NCBI GenBank assembly: GCA_905234735.1
Contig: CAJOJA010000004.1
Coordinates: forward strand, 105,022-169,021
Origin: an uncultured Bacteroidaceae bacterium
Lineage (GTDB): Bacteria > Bacteroidota > Bacteroidia > Bacteroidales > Bacteroidaceae
DNA length: 64,000 nucleotides
Reading direction: 5' to 3'
Within the stretch, counting starts at the first letter, position 1, and the number at the start of each line of letters is the position of its first letter. Position numbers and translations under genes: made by a program. The notes under the pieces are model-generated. The model worked only from the letters and a program-made list of their open reading frames with translations. It did no database searches and was not told the DNA's origin. This document shows, piece by piece, positions 1 to 9,997 of this stretch.

Positions 1-206
1 ACCGCATGTACCCCGATACGCCCGCCCGTGTGGAAGTTTGCCACGCTGGTCTGGAATGCAGCATCATCGGCGGCGTATATCCCAAGATGGACCTTGTCAG
101 CTTTGGTCCTACGCTCCGTTCGCCCCACACCCCCGATGAACGTTGCCTGATACCCTCCGTCGAGAAGTTCTGGAACTTCCTGACTCAATTACTTGAAGAA
201 ATCTAA
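1..206 (+). CDS. pepD: aminoacyl-histidine dipeptidase PepD (peptidase M20C), C-terminal fragment; 5' end outside window
   Basis: Frame is open to the window edge. The tail VCHAGLECSIIGG...GPTLRSPHTPDERCLIPSVEKFWNFLTQLLEEI follows the conserved PepD C-terminus (HAGLECG, GPxxxxPHSPDE, FW..L..LL). Confidence 0.75.
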   Translation, partial: RMYPDTPARVEVCHAGLECSIIGGVYPKMDLVSFGPTLRSPHTPDERCLIPSVEKFWNFLTQLLEEI

Positions 207-219
207 TAAAAGTCCCCTT

Positions 220-3200
220 ATGCGAAGAGTTTGCATCTTTTTGATTATGTGTCTGGCCGTTTGGCCAAATACAGCCTCGGCCAAGAACCAGGGTAAGGAA
301 CTTACGGATCTGCTACTGTCCTACATGAAGGTGGAGGACGTGCACCCCGACAGCCTGGAACGCAACATCGACAGCCTGAAGTGCTGCCGCTTGCAGTCGC
401 AGGATGCGGGCGAGCGGGCAGTCTATGCAGCTGCCATAGCCCGACTCTATGCCCATCGTGTCAGCTGGCGCAGCGTGGGTTCGGACCTGCGCGACTCTAC
501 GATTACGTGGTATGGTCATGCCCTGGCCGATAAGCAGGTACTGGCTGCGACCAAGGCCAAGAAGTGGAAACCCTTCGTGGTCATAGGTAAGGACGAAAGT
601 TATTTCTGTGGCGACATGCTGAACGTCGTGTGGCGCAGTATGGTGTCCGATGTCCACAAACATGTTCGCGACACCGCAAGCGTACTGCCTAAGTACGGCG
701 ACGTGATAGACTTCTACCGCAAGGCGGGATTGCGCGAAGGTGCCTTGCTACTGGCCCTTGACTCGCTCGACGAAAAAGAGTCGGACATCACGGAGGCAGA
801 CCTTATTCGCTTGCGCAATGAGTATGCCGACGTGCCCCTGTGTGCTGAGGTGTACCTGCGACTGGGTATAAGGACTAAAGAGCTACCCGGTTATCGAAAG
901 GTAGGGCAAAACGAAATTGTGGAAGCAAACCAGTCGGCACGCCGCTGTCGCGAGTGGCTGCAGGAGGGTATCGCAAAATATCCGAAGTACAGACGTCGCG
1001 TCGTTCTGCAGAATGCCCTGACACGGCTATCCGACCCCTTCCTGGAGTGGAGCGGGGGGGATTGTGTGTCGCCAGGAAAACAGTACTGGTGGCATTTTAA
1101 GGGACGTAATGTGCAGTCCGTGCTGATTAACGGTGAGGAGGTGCGCACGTTCCCAGAGCAAGACCCCGTGGACACCTTCTGTGACTCCTTGCAGTGGACG
1201 GCTCCGAAGCCTGGCCGCTATAAACTGACCTTTCTGCCCCGAACCAGTGCCAAACTGACGGAGAAGGTGAAACCGCTGGAAAATTGGGTGTGGGTGACCA
1301 CCCTGCAAGATGTGTTTCAGGTGCTACCCGACAGCAGTGTGCAAGTCTTGGTGGTCGACCCCGAGACTGGACGGCCGCAGCCGAACGTATCGGTCACGGC
1401 CTATAAACCCACGGGCGATTTTAAGGACACCGTTGCCTACTTTGTCGGACAGACAGGGCAGGACGGAAAGGTGCGTGTGCCCAAGTACGTGGGCGAAGGA
1501 CGGAATCCGCGCTGGCGCAGTCAACTGACCTATAAGATATGCAGTCCCGATACTGCCGACTGGATGCTCGGAACACATTATTTTTATAATGTAAGCCGAT
1601 GGGAGGGCGTACCGAAAGAGTCGCGGCTCTATACCGTGCTTTTCACGGATCGCGCCATCTATCGTCCGGGACAGACGGTACACGTGAGCGGACTTGCCTA
1701 CAGCCGTCATGACTGGGACACTGAAGTCGCCGGCGAGGGGAAACATACGCTTAGCTTTTTCGATTCGAATCGTAAACTCCTGGAAGAGCGCGTGGTGGAT
1801 GCCAACGATATGGGTGTGTTCAGTGCTGACTTTGTCATCCCAACGGGACGGCAGAACGGTAGTTTCTATATCGTGGCCGACAAACGGGAACGTACCTATT
1901 TCCGTGTCGAAGAGTACAAACGCCCCACCTTTGAGATTGTGCTCGACGACAGTCTCTACGTCGACGAGGCTACTTGCGAAGTTCGCGGTACGGCTCGCAA
2001 CTACGACGGCAGTCCGTTGCGCGGAGCACGAGTCACGGGTACCTACCACTGGCGTTCGCTATGGAGATATTATGCGAAGCGATATCCCCAAAGCGAGGTT
2101 CAGCAGCTCGACACCATCGAGACGGACGACAAGGGACGATTCGTGTATAAATTAAAAATTGACAGTGAAAAATTAAAAATTGAAACGCCCCGTCAATCGT
2201 TATATGTGACGGTAGATGTGCTGAGTCAGCAAGGCGAGACACACAACACCCAGCACTGGTATTGGCGTGTTAGTGAGCCGGCTCCCGAACCTGAGGCCGT
2301 GAAGGTGGATTCCACCTTCCTCGTCCGTTGTGAGGCCGACAGCTTTGCTGTCAACAAACCTGCACGCATAGAAGTGACTACCAACCTGCGCGACGTAAAT
2401 CTGTTCTACACCCTTTCGGCTGCTGGCAAGGTATGGAAGGACGAAATGGTGGTGCTGAACAACGAGACTCTCGTGCTCGACATTCCTTATCGCGAAGAGT
2501 ATGACCAAAGCCTGACGGCCTCGTTCTGCTTTGTGAAGGAAGGGCGCGTCCATACCGCAACAAAGACCATCTATCTACTGACGCCCGATACGCGTCTGCG
2601 TACCCACTGGGATACGTTCCGTGACCTTGTGCAACCGGGCCAGCAAGAGGAATGGCGACTGACGTTGCGCCGTCCTGATGGCACACCTGCCGACGCCAAC
2701 CTGATGGTGGCCATGTACGATGCTTCGCTCGACTACTTTGTCCGCCATAGATGGAATTTTGACATCAATCGCGGACACCGTACTTTCGGCGTTCCCTACC
2801 AGTTCGCACAGCGTCTTAGACTGGGGCTGCTGAACTTTGGCGGATGGTATAACCAGAAGACGAAGAAAGAGCAAGGTCTTGAACTGACATACATCGACTC
2901 CGAACTCTTCCAGGTTGGGGCTTATACCCGTTCCGGCGGAGGCCGGATTATGCCACTTAAGGCTGCCAGCACGCGGAACATGAAGGAATACTCGGCCGTG
3001 GAAAGTGACGGGGCACTGGAAAGACGGGTTGCCGGTCTGAATGTCGTAGCCACTGTTCAAGACTCGGGCTCGGATGGAGTGATGCCTCTCGCTAGTACCC
3101 TGAATGAGGCTACGGTAGTTGCTGTGGAGGGAAGTGAAGAGGAGGAAAGTGAGGAGACCTTCTGCGTGCCTATGCGTGAGAACTTCAACGAGACAGCCTT

Positions 3201-5184
3201 CTTCTATCCCCAGCTGCGCACGGATGCAAACGGACAGGTGAGCATAGCCTTCACGTTGCCCGAGAGCCTGACGCGGTGGAATCTGATGGGCGTGGCCCAT
3301 ACGGCAGACTTGATGTATGCTAACCTGAATGAACAGATTGAGGCTCGCAAGGACCTGATGGCCCAACTTTATCTGCCACGTTTCCTGCGTCCGGGTGATG
3401 AGGCCGTTCTGATAGCCTCCATCCGCAACGTCAGCAATCAGAAGCAGAAGGGCAAGGGCCTGATGCAGATACTGGATGCACGGACAGAAAAGGTTCTGAA
3501 GACGTGGAAGACGACCTTCGACCTGAAGGCCCAGAGCGATACAGTCCTGCACTATCCATATTCAGTTCAGGATGGTTCGGACGTGGTGATTCGCTGGATG
3601 GCCGAAGGTTCCACATGCAGCGACGGTGAACAACGTCTGTTGCCCGTGTTGCCTGCCACGATACACGTGACCAATACCATAGCCATCACGGCCTATGACC
3701 CCGGGGGGACGAACATCGACCTCTCGAAAGTCTTCCCCGACGATGTCACGGAACGTCAGTTGACGGTCGAATACACCACTCATCCTGAGCAGTATGTCCT
3801 GCAGAGCCTACTGCCATTGGCACGGGCCAGACACAACGATGTACTCTCGCTGGCATCGGCCTATTATGCGGGGTTGCTGGGTAAGACGTTGGGCGTGAAT
3901 ATGGCGGATAGCACCGAGTCATACCTGGAGAAGTTGAAGGCGTTGCAAGATGCCGATGGAGGCTTCCGCTGGTATCCGCAGATGCCGACCAGTCCGTACC
4001 TGACGCGCGAGGTGTCGTATCTGCTGACGCGTCTGAACATGCTGACGGGTGAGAAACCTGCCGAGCAGGTAAATGCCAAGGCTGTTCACTATCTGCTTAG
4101 TCAGCGTGTCGATTCTGCCTATCTCTCCGTTGCCGACCTGCGTACCCTCTACATCGCCCAGTACAGCGGTGTACAACTTTCGAAGGAGGAGCAGAAGAAG
4201 GTGAACTTCCTGATGAAACTGGCTAAGCGTGAAGACATTGAAGAGGAAGGCTACGAACGGCTGGCGTTGTTGGCTATCGTGCTGAAACAGGGCGAAGCCA
4301 ACCGCAAAGCCAAGAAGTGTGTCAATGAGTTCCGCAAGTACCTGGTATCGAGTCCGGAACGGGGCACGTATATCGAGTTCCCGAAGGGCAGCTTCACGAG
4401 CATCGACCGCAAACTGCACATCCACGTCCAGCTGATGGAGGCCTTGCAGCGCATGAATCCCGAAGACACGTTGTTGCGTGGTATGCGCCGCTACTTGTTG
4501 CAGCAGAAACGCACGCAGGAATGGTCCACGCCAGTCAATACCGCCAATGCCGTCTTTGCTTTGATGAATACTCAGAATACTCCGAGCCAACTTAAGGATG
4601 TTTTGACCCTGTCATTCCAACGTGGCAAACAGTGGAACATTGTGGCAGAGGAAGATACGTTGGGCTATGCGCGCGATTCTATGTTAATAGAGAAAGGCAA
4701 GTTGCCCGTCCACCTGCGTCTTCAGAAGTTGTCGAAGGGCGAGAGCTGGGGCGGCGTGTATGCCGACTTTGAGCAACGATTCGACCAGGTGCAGGCTCAT
4801 TCCGTGGGACTGAACGTCACGCAGGAATACCCGAAGAACGCAAAAACGGGTAGCCGATATACGGTACGCTATCGTATCACGGCCGACCGCAACTACGAAT
4901 ATGTCACTCTCGTCTGCCCGCGTCCAGCCTTCACGGAACCTGTCGACCAGCGTTCCGGCTACCGATGGGGTGGGGGCTTGGGCTACTACCGTCAGGTGCA
5001 TGATGCCACGACAGAGTTCAGTTTCTGCCAGTTGCCACGCGGCGAATATCTCATCGAGGAGACTCTCTATGTGGAGCGCGACGGAAAATACCACTCGGGC
5101 GTGGCCGTCATTCGCTGTGAATATGCCGAGGAGTTTCAAGGACATAGTGACGACAAACTCGTGGAAGTAAAAGGTGAAAAGTAA
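220..5184 (+). CDS. alpha-2-macroglobulin family protein, secreted, apparently without a thioester
   Basis: 1654 aa from ATG 220 (the track ORF starts at TTG 193). Signal peptide MRRVCIFLIMCLAVWPNTASA. The block ETAFFYPQLRTDANGQVSIAFTLPESLTRWNLMGVAHT is an A2M_N_2-type signature. The size is typical of Bacteroidota A2M-like proteins. Confidence 0.75.
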   Translation: MRRVCIFLIMCLAVWPNTASAKNQGKELTDLLLSYMKVEDVHPDSLERNIDSLKCCRLQSQDAGERAVYAAAIARLYAHRVSWRSVGSDLRDSTITWYGHALADKQVLAATKAKKWKPFVVIGKDESYFCGDMLNVVWRSMVSDVHKHVRDTASVLPKYGDVIDFYRKAGLREGALLLALDSLDEKESDITEADLIRLRNEYADVPLCAEVYLRLGIRTKELPGYRKVGQNEIVEANQSARRCREWLQEGIAKYPKYRRRVVLQNALTRLSDPFLEWSGGDCVSPGKQYWWHFKGRNVQSVLINGEEVRTFPEQDPVDTFCDSLQWTAPKPGRYKLTFLPRTSAKLTEKVKPLENWVWVTTLQDVFQVLPDSSVQVLVVDPETGRPQPNVSVTAYKPTGDFKDTVAYFVGQTGQDGKVRVPKYVGEGRNPRWRSQLTYKICSPDTADWMLGTHYFYNVSRWEGVPKESRLYTVLFTDRAIYRPGQTVHVSGLAYSRHDWDTEVAGEGKHTLSFFDSNRKLLEERVVDANDMGVFSADFVIPTGRQNGSFYIVADKRERTYFRVEEYKRPTFEIVLDDSLYVDEATCEVRGTARNYDGSPLRGARVTGTYHWRSLWRYYAKRYPQSEVQQLDTIETDDKGRFVYKLKIDSEKLKIETPRQSLYVTVDVLSQQGETHNTQHWYWRVSEPAPEPEAVKVDSTFLVRCEADSFAVNKPARIEVTTNLRDVNLFYTLSAAGKVWKDEMVVLNNETLVLDIPYREEYDQSLTASFCFVKEGRVHTATKTIYLLTPDTRLRTHWDTFRDLVQPGQQEEWRLTLRRPDGTPADANLMVAMYDASLDYFVRHRWNFDINRGHRTFGVPYQFAQRLRLGLLNFGGWYNQKTKKEQGLELTYIDSELFQVGAYTRSGGGRIMPLKAASTRNMKEYSAVESDGALERRVAGLNVVATVQDSGSDGVMPLASTLNEATVVAVEGSEEEESEETFCVPMRENFNETAFFYPQLRTDANGQVSIAFTLPESLTRWNLMGVAHTADLMYANLNEQIEARKDLMAQLYLPRFLRPGDEAVLIASIRNVSNQKQKGKGLMQILDARTEKVLKTWKTTFDLKAQSDTVLHYPYSVQDGSDVVIRWMAEGSTCSDGEQRLLPVLPATIHVTNTIAITAYDPGGTNIDLSKVFPDDVTERQLTVEYTTHPEQYVLQSLLPLARARHNDVLSLASAYYAGLLGKTLGVNMADSTESYLEKLKALQDADGGFRWYPQMPTSPYLTREVSYLLTRLNMLTGEKPAEQVNAKAVHYLLSQRVDSAYLSVADLRTLYIAQYSGVQLSKEEQKKVNFLMKLAKREDIEEEGYERLALLAIVLKQGEANRKAKKCVNEFRKYLVSSPERGTYIEFPKGSFTSIDRKLHIHVQLMEALQRMNPEDTLLRGMRRYLLQQKRTQEWSTPVNTANAVFALMNTQNTPSQLKDVLTLSFQRGKQWNIVAEEDTLGYARDSMLIEKGKLPVHLRLQKLSKGESWGGVYADFEQRFDQVQAHSVGLNVTQEYPKNAKTGSRYTVRYRITADRNYEYVTLVCPRPAFTEPVDQRSGYRWGGGLGYYRQVHDATTEFSFCQLPRGEYLIEETLYVERDGKYHSGVAVIRCEYAEEFQGHSDDKLVEVKGEK
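2147..2185. repeat. AT-rich micro-repeat, type F3 (AAATTAAAAATTGA x2), in frame in the A2M gene
   Basis: ataaattaaaaattgacagtgaaaaattaaaaattgaaa encodes YKLKIDSEKLKIE in an otherwise GC-rich CDS. Confidence 0.8.
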
Positions 5185-5188
5185 AAAA
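5165..5188. repeat. AT-rich micro-repeat, F3-like, at the A2M stop / lipoprotein start
   Basis: aagtaaaaggtgaaaagtaaaaaa. Confidence 0.5.
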
Positions 5189-6169
5189 CTGATACTGCTA
5201 TTGGTTGCGTTCCTCATGATGGGGTGTAAGGATGAAAAGACCCGCTTGGCTGATGCCAAGGGCACTCCGTCCGAGTTGCTGGTAGTCCTACCTGCTTCGT
5301 TGGTGAATAGTGATATTGCCGACACGCTGCGGACTATCACTGACTGTGATGCACCTGGATTAGGTTCGGCAGAACGCATTTTCCGTACGATGACCATTGG
5401 CGAACGAGGGTACGAGAAGGTGTACAAACTGATGCACAGCCAACTGCGGGTGGAGTTGGACCCCGCACAGAAGGAACCCGTATTGGGCGTAGCACGTGAC
5501 GTGAACGCCCAGCCTCAGTTGCAGTTGATGGTACGGGCCGCATCGCCCGATGCCTTGCGCTCGTTTCTAAGCCAAAACCGTGAACACATACAGCATTTGA
5601 TACTCGACTTCCAGCTCGACCGCCAGGCTGACATGCTCCGTCGGAAACACAGTAAAAAGGTGGATCAGGAACTGCGTCGACTGGGCTACAGTATTTCGAT
5701 GCCCGTCGATCTGAAATCGACCAAACAGGGTAAGGACTTTCTTTGGGCATCGTCGAACCGTGGAGGTGATAAGGACATTAACTTTGTCTTTTACACACTC
5801 CCGTGGCAGGGTGAGAATATTTGCAACATGGACCTCTACGTCGGTAGGCGCGACTCGGTGTTGCGCCAGAACATACCTGGAGCACAGGAGGGACAGTGGA
5901 TGCAGACCTCGCGAAGCAACAGTGGGGAACCTGTGGTATGGCCCGTCCTGCGAAAGACCGACAGCGGAGATCTGGTGGAGGTACATGGATTGTGGGATAT
6001 GCATGGCGGATTCATGGGAGGTCCTTTTGTAGCGCACCTCCATGTGGATAGCGTGAAACGCCGCATTGTGGTGGCTGAAGGTTTCGTCTTCTCGCCGAAC
6101 ACGGCCAAGCGTGACCTCCTGCGCAGTGTGGAGGCCGGCCTGCGTACTCTGAAGCCCTTGCAGCGTTGA
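5174..6169 (+). CDS. lipoprotein of unknown function (DUF4837-like)
   Basis: GTG start overlaps the A2M stop by 11 nt. Lipobox MKSKKLILLLVAFLMMGC. The family name rests on my recollection of the motif only. Confidence 0.5.
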   Translation: MKSKKLILLLVAFLMMGCKDEKTRLADAKGTPSELLVVLPASLVNSDIADTLRTITDCDAPGLGSAERIFRTMTIGERGYEKVYKLMHSQLRVELDPAQKEPVLGVARDVNAQPQLQLMVRAASPDALRSFLSQNREHIQHLILDFQLDRQADMLRRKHSKKVDQELRRLGYSISMPVDLKSTKQGKDFLWASSNRGGDKDINFVFYTLPWQGENICNMDLYVGRRDSVLRQNIPGAQEGQWMQTSRSNSGEPVVWPVLRKTDSGDLVEVHGLWDMHGGFMGGPFVAHLHVDSVKRRIVVAEGFVFSPNTAKRDLLRSVEAGLRTLKPLQR

Positions 6170-6195
6170 GGTTGGGAATATTATTCGCTTCATTA

Positions 6196-6227
6196 TTTGC
6201 GGGGACGAAGAAATAATTGTACTTTTG
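6196..6227 (+). promoter_or_regulatory. candidate Bacteroidota promoter: TTTG (-33), 20-nt spacer, TACTTTTG (-7)
   Basis: tttg at 6196-6199 and tacttttg at 6220-6227, 22 nt before the DUF1573 gene ATG. Confidence 0.5.
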
Positions 6228-6248
6228 TAACGCAAAAGGTCAGTAGGA

Positions 6249-7346
6249 ATGAAATACATATCAATTACATATTTGTCGATAGTCGCGGGCTTGTGGTTGG
6301 GTGTTGCGCGAGTGAACGCCCAACCGCGCATGGTCGTAGACACCCCGCAGCAGAAGGTGGGGGAGATGTTGTGGCAGAATCCCAAGACGGTGACATTCAC
6401 CTTCCAGAACAAAGGCAACAAACCCTTGCTCATCAGTGAGGTGCACCCTTCTTGTGGATGTATAAACGTGGATTTTCCCCGCCATGCCATCCCGGCTGGT
6501 AAAAGTGGGACAATCACGGCTACGTATGATGCGGGGATGTTAGGCTCGTTCTACCGGGAACTGGCTGTGTACACCAACGTGCAGGATGCCCCTCTGTACC
6601 TCTCCTTCCAGGGACGGGTCGTAGAGTCGGCACTGGACTATGATGGTGACTTCCCCATCGACCTGGGCAACGTCCGGCTGAATACCAACTATATAGAGTT
6701 TGACGACGTGAACAAGGGGGACCATCCCGTGGTGGAATTGCAGGTGGCCAACATGGAGCACGGGACATACACGCCCCAGTTGATGCACCTGCCCGAATAT
6801 CTCACGGCTGAGTATGTGCCAGCCATTATTCAGCAGGGACGTGTGGGTAAAATACGACTGACACTGAACAGTGAAAAACTATTTCTGGACGGATTGAATC
6901 AGACGTCGATATACCTGGCCCGCTATATGGGCGACAAGGTGAGCGAGAAGAACGAAATTGTGGTATCGGCAGTGCTGTTACCCGCCTTTCGTAACCTGAC
7001 CCCCGAACGTTTGGCCACTGCACCGCACATTGTTCTGACCGACAACGAAAAGCAGGTCGGGAGCGATATCACGGTGACGATGGACTCGAAGAAAAATAAG
7101 GTAACCAAGGTTCTCAACGTGACGAATACCGGTGAGGAGATGCTGACGGTGAATGCCGTACAGGTCTTCAACCGGGCCATGACGGTGAGCTTAGGTGACC
7201 GAAATATTCCTCCGCATGGCAGCACGAAACTGAAAATCACCTTGAGTGGCAAGGAACTGCAGCGGGCTAAGAACGGTCCGCGACTATTGCTCATCAGCAA
7301 CGACCCGCGCCAGGCCAAGACAATGTTGAACATAAACGTGGAATAA
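6249..7346 (+). CDS. DUF1573 domain-containing secreted protein
   Basis: Signal peptide, then VTFTFQNKGNKPLLISEVHPSCGCINVDFPRHAIPAGKSGTITATYD, which is the DUF1573 pattern (F.F.N.G..PL.I..v..sCGC...PG..G.I). Confidence 0.65.
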   Translation: MKYISITYLSIVAGLWLGVARVNAQPRMVVDTPQQKVGEMLWQNPKTVTFTFQNKGNKPLLISEVHPSCGCINVDFPRHAIPAGKSGTITATYDAGMLGSFYRELAVYTNVQDAPLYLSFQGRVVESALDYDGDFPIDLGNVRLNTNYIEFDDVNKGDHPVVELQVANMEHGTYTPQLMHLPEYLTAEYVPAIIQQGRVGKIRLTLNSEKLFLDGLNQTSIYLARYMGDKVSEKNEIVVSAVLLPAFRNLTPERLATAPHIVLTDNEKQVGSDITVTMDSKKNKVTKVLNVTNTGEEMLTVNAVQVFNRAMTVSLGDRNIPPHGSTKLKITLSGKELQRAKNGPRLLLISNDPRQAKTMLNINVE

Positions 7347-7362
7347 CCTCATAACCCTCACA

Positions 7363-8460
7363 ATGGAACATCCGGAGAACAGTGCAGAGTACAAGGGACT
7401 GACCGTGAACAGCGGTGTAGGTCCTGTTTCGATAGTCAATCCCTATTTGAAGCGTGGACGTTTCGCCCGGCGGCGACTGACGGCCGACGACTACGTGGAG
7501 GGCATATTAAAGGGCGAATCAGCCATCTTGGGACAAGCCGTTACGCTGGTGGAAAGCACAAATCCCGGGCATCAGGCCATTGCGCAGGAAGTGATAGAGA
7601 AATGTCTGCCATACAGTGGCAAGTCGGTGCGCGTGGGTATTAGCGGTGTGCCAGGGGCCGGCAAGAGTACCAGTATCGATGAGTTCGGCATCCATGTGCT
7701 GAAGCAGTATGGCGGCAAACTGGCCGTGTTAGCTATCGATCCCAGTTCCGAGCGTACGAAAGGCAGCATCCTGGGCGATAAGACACGCATGGAAAAACTT
7801 TCGGTTCATCCCGACAGTTTCATTCGTCCCAGCCCATCGGCCGGTTCACTGGGCGGCGTGGCCCGCAAGACTCGCGAGACCATCATCCTATGCGAAGCTG
7901 CCGGATACGACAAAATCTTTGTAGAGACCGTGGGTGTAGGACAGAGTGAGACGGCGTGTCACTCGATGGTAGACTTCTTCCTGCTCATCCAACTGGCGGG
8001 TACTGGCGACGAACTGCAGGGAATCAAGCGTGGCATCATGGAAATGGCTGACGGTATTGTGATAAACAAGTGCGACGGCAACAATGTGGAGAAATGCCAG
8101 TTGGCAGCCAACCACTTCCGCAACGCCCTGCACCTGTTCCCGCCGACGGAGAGTGGCTGGATGCCGAAGGTACTCTGCTATTCGGGTTTCTACGGACTGG
8201 GTATTAAGGAAGTCTGGGACATGATATATGAGTACGTCGACTTTGTGAAGGCCAACGGCTATTTCGATTACCGCCGCAACGAGCAGGCCAAGTACTGGAT
8301 GTACGAGACCATCAACGAACAATTGCGCAATAACTTCTATCAGAACCAGACCATCGAGGACTTACTGAAGGCCTCGGAGGCCAGTGTGTTGAGAGGGGAG
8401 AAAACCTCATTCGTTGCTGCCAAGCAACTGCTCGATGCGTACTTTGCACTCCTCCATTAG
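7363..8460 (+). CDS. meaB: methylmalonyl-CoA mutase-associated GTPase MeaB (ArgK family)
   Basis: P-loop GISGVPGAGKST, DPSSERTKGSILGDKTRM, and NKCD in the VINKCDGNN stretch. 365 aa. Confidence 0.85.
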   Translation: MEHPENSAEYKGLTVNSGVGPVSIVNPYLKRGRFARRRLTADDYVEGILKGESAILGQAVTLVESTNPGHQAIAQEVIEKCLPYSGKSVRVGISGVPGAGKSTSIDEFGIHVLKQYGGKLAVLAIDPSSERTKGSILGDKTRMEKLSVHPDSFIRPSPSAGSLGGVARKTRETIILCEAAGYDKIFVETVGVGQSETACHSMVDFFLLIQLAGTGDELQGIKRGIMEMADGIVINKCDGNNVEKCQLAANHFRNALHLFPPTESGWMPKVLCYSGFYGLGIKEVWDMIYEYVDFVKANGYFDYRRNEQAKYWMYETINEQLRNNFYQNQTIEDLLKASEASVLRGEKTSFVAAKQLLDAYFALLH

Positions 8461-9282
8461 CCACGTGGGGGTGCTGGTGGCACCACAGATGCCAATGGAG
8501 TCACATTCGGTCAGCCAACGGGGGTCAATCTCGTTGGCTGCACTTATCATATAGCTTTGTGGATTCACACGCTGACACTCGCTGAACAGTACACGACCGT
8601 TGCTCGACTTCTTGCCGCAGACGAATAGCACCACATCGTGGCGCGAGGCAAACTCGCGGATGTGGGGCATGCGGTTGGCCACTTGGCGGCAGATGGTATC
8701 GTAATAGCGGAAGTTGGCCTGAGGTGAGATGTGTTTCTCGATATAGTCAACGATGCGACGGAACTCGTCCAGAGGCTTGGTTGTCTGGCTGTATAGGTAG
8801 ATGTCCTGGCTGAAGTTGAGGTCCTTCACGTCTTCGGGCCGTTCGATGACGATGGCCGTACCCTCGGTCTGGCCCACAAGTCCAAGTACCTCAGCGTGCC
8901 CCGGTTTACCGAAAATGACGATTTGCTTGTGGTGCTCGGGGTCGCTGTCGTATTCCCGCTTGATGCGTTCTTGGAGGTGAAGTACCACAGGACAGGTGGC
9001 GTCGATGAGCTCGATGTTGTTTTGGCGTGCCTTATGGTAGGTTTGTGGCGGTTCGCCGTGGGCGCGGAGCAGCACGGCGGCATCGTGCAACTGGTTGTAT
9101 TCGTCGTGTCCGATAGTGATGAGACCTAATTGTTGCAGACGGTCACATTCCATGGAGTTGTGGACGATGTCGCCCAGGCAATACAGTGGTCGGGCATTGT
9201 TCTGCAATACCTCTTCTGCCTTTCCAATGGCGCGGGTCACGCCAAAACAGAATCCACTGCCAGTGTCAATTTCTACGTTCAC
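8407..9282 (-). CDS. ispH: 4-hydroxy-3-methylbut-2-enyl diphosphate reductase
   Basis: MNVEIDTGSGFCFGVTRAI...IVHN...DATCPVV...SSN, the IspH/LytB hallmarks. 291 aa. Confidence 0.9.
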   Translation of the reverse strand: MNVEIDTGSGFCFGVTRAIGKAEEVLQNNARPLYCLGDIVHNSMECDRLQQLGLITIGHDEYNQLHDAAVLLRAHGEPPQTYHKARQNNIELIDATCPVVLHLQERIKREYDSDPEHHKQIVIFGKPGHAEVLGLVGQTEGTAIVIERPEDVKDLNFSQDIYLYSQTTKPLDEFRRIVDYIEKHISPQANFRYYDTICRQVANRMPHIREFASRHDVVLFVCGKKSSNGRVLFSECQRVNPQSYMISAANEIDPRWLTECDSIGICGATSTPTWLMEECKVRIEQLLGSNE

Positions 9283-9294
9283 GTGTTATAGGTC

Positions 9295-9993
9295 TTATAA
9301 AGCATCTTTCGCTGCCCGCTCGTATGCCCGTAGCAACCATTGTTTCTGTTCTTCGATAGTCATGTGGCTATTGTCCAGTATCTGGGCATCGGATGCCTGA
9401 CGGAGTGGGCTGATTTCGCGGTGTGTATCGATGTAGTCGCGTTCCTCCACGTTGTGCAGGATTTCCTGCATGTCGCACGCCTCGCCTTTGGCCGTCAGTT
9501 CGTCGTAGCGACGTTGGGCACGAATCTCAGCTGATGCGGTCACGAAGATTTTCAACTCAGCCTGGGGGAATACGGTGGTACCGATGTCACGGCCGTCCAT
9601 GATGATGCCTCCCTCCTGGCCCATACGCTGTTGTTGGCGCACCATTTCCTCGCGGACAAACCCCAGCGCAGCAATAGGACTGACGTGGTTGCTCACTTCC
9701 AGCGTGCGGATGCGGTCTTCTACGCGCGTACCATTCAAATAGGTATCGGGACGTCCGCGTTCGGGATTGAATTGAAAGGAAATTTGAATGTTCTTCATCT
9801 CCTTCTTCAGTCGTTGCTCGTCGATATGTCCGTCGGCTTGGATGATGTGGTTGTCCAAAGCGAAAAGTGTTACGGTGCGATACATGGCACCACTGTCCAC
9901 GTAGACATAACCTATTTCGCGGGCCAGATCCTTGGCCATGGTGCTCTTTCCGCACGATGAGAAGCCGTCGATGGCAATAGTGATTTTTTTCAT
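9295..9993 (-). CDS. cmk: (d)CMP kinase
   Basis: [25 protein letters not shown]-loop start at ATG 9993. The longer track ORF (to 10119) would overlap the neighbouring gene. Confidence 0.9.
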   Translation of the reverse strand: MKKITIAIDGFSSCGKSTMAKDLAREIGYVYVDSGAMYRTVTLFALDNHIIQADGHIDEQRLKKEMKNIQISFQFNPERGRPDTYLNGTRVEDRIRTLEVSNHVSPIAALGFVREEMVRQQQRMGQEGGIIMDGRDIGTTVFPQAELKIFVTASAEIRAQRRYDELTAKGEACDMQEILHNVEERDYIDTHREISPLRQASDAQILDNSHMTIEEQKQWLLRAYERAAKDAL

Positions 9994-9997
9994 GGAC

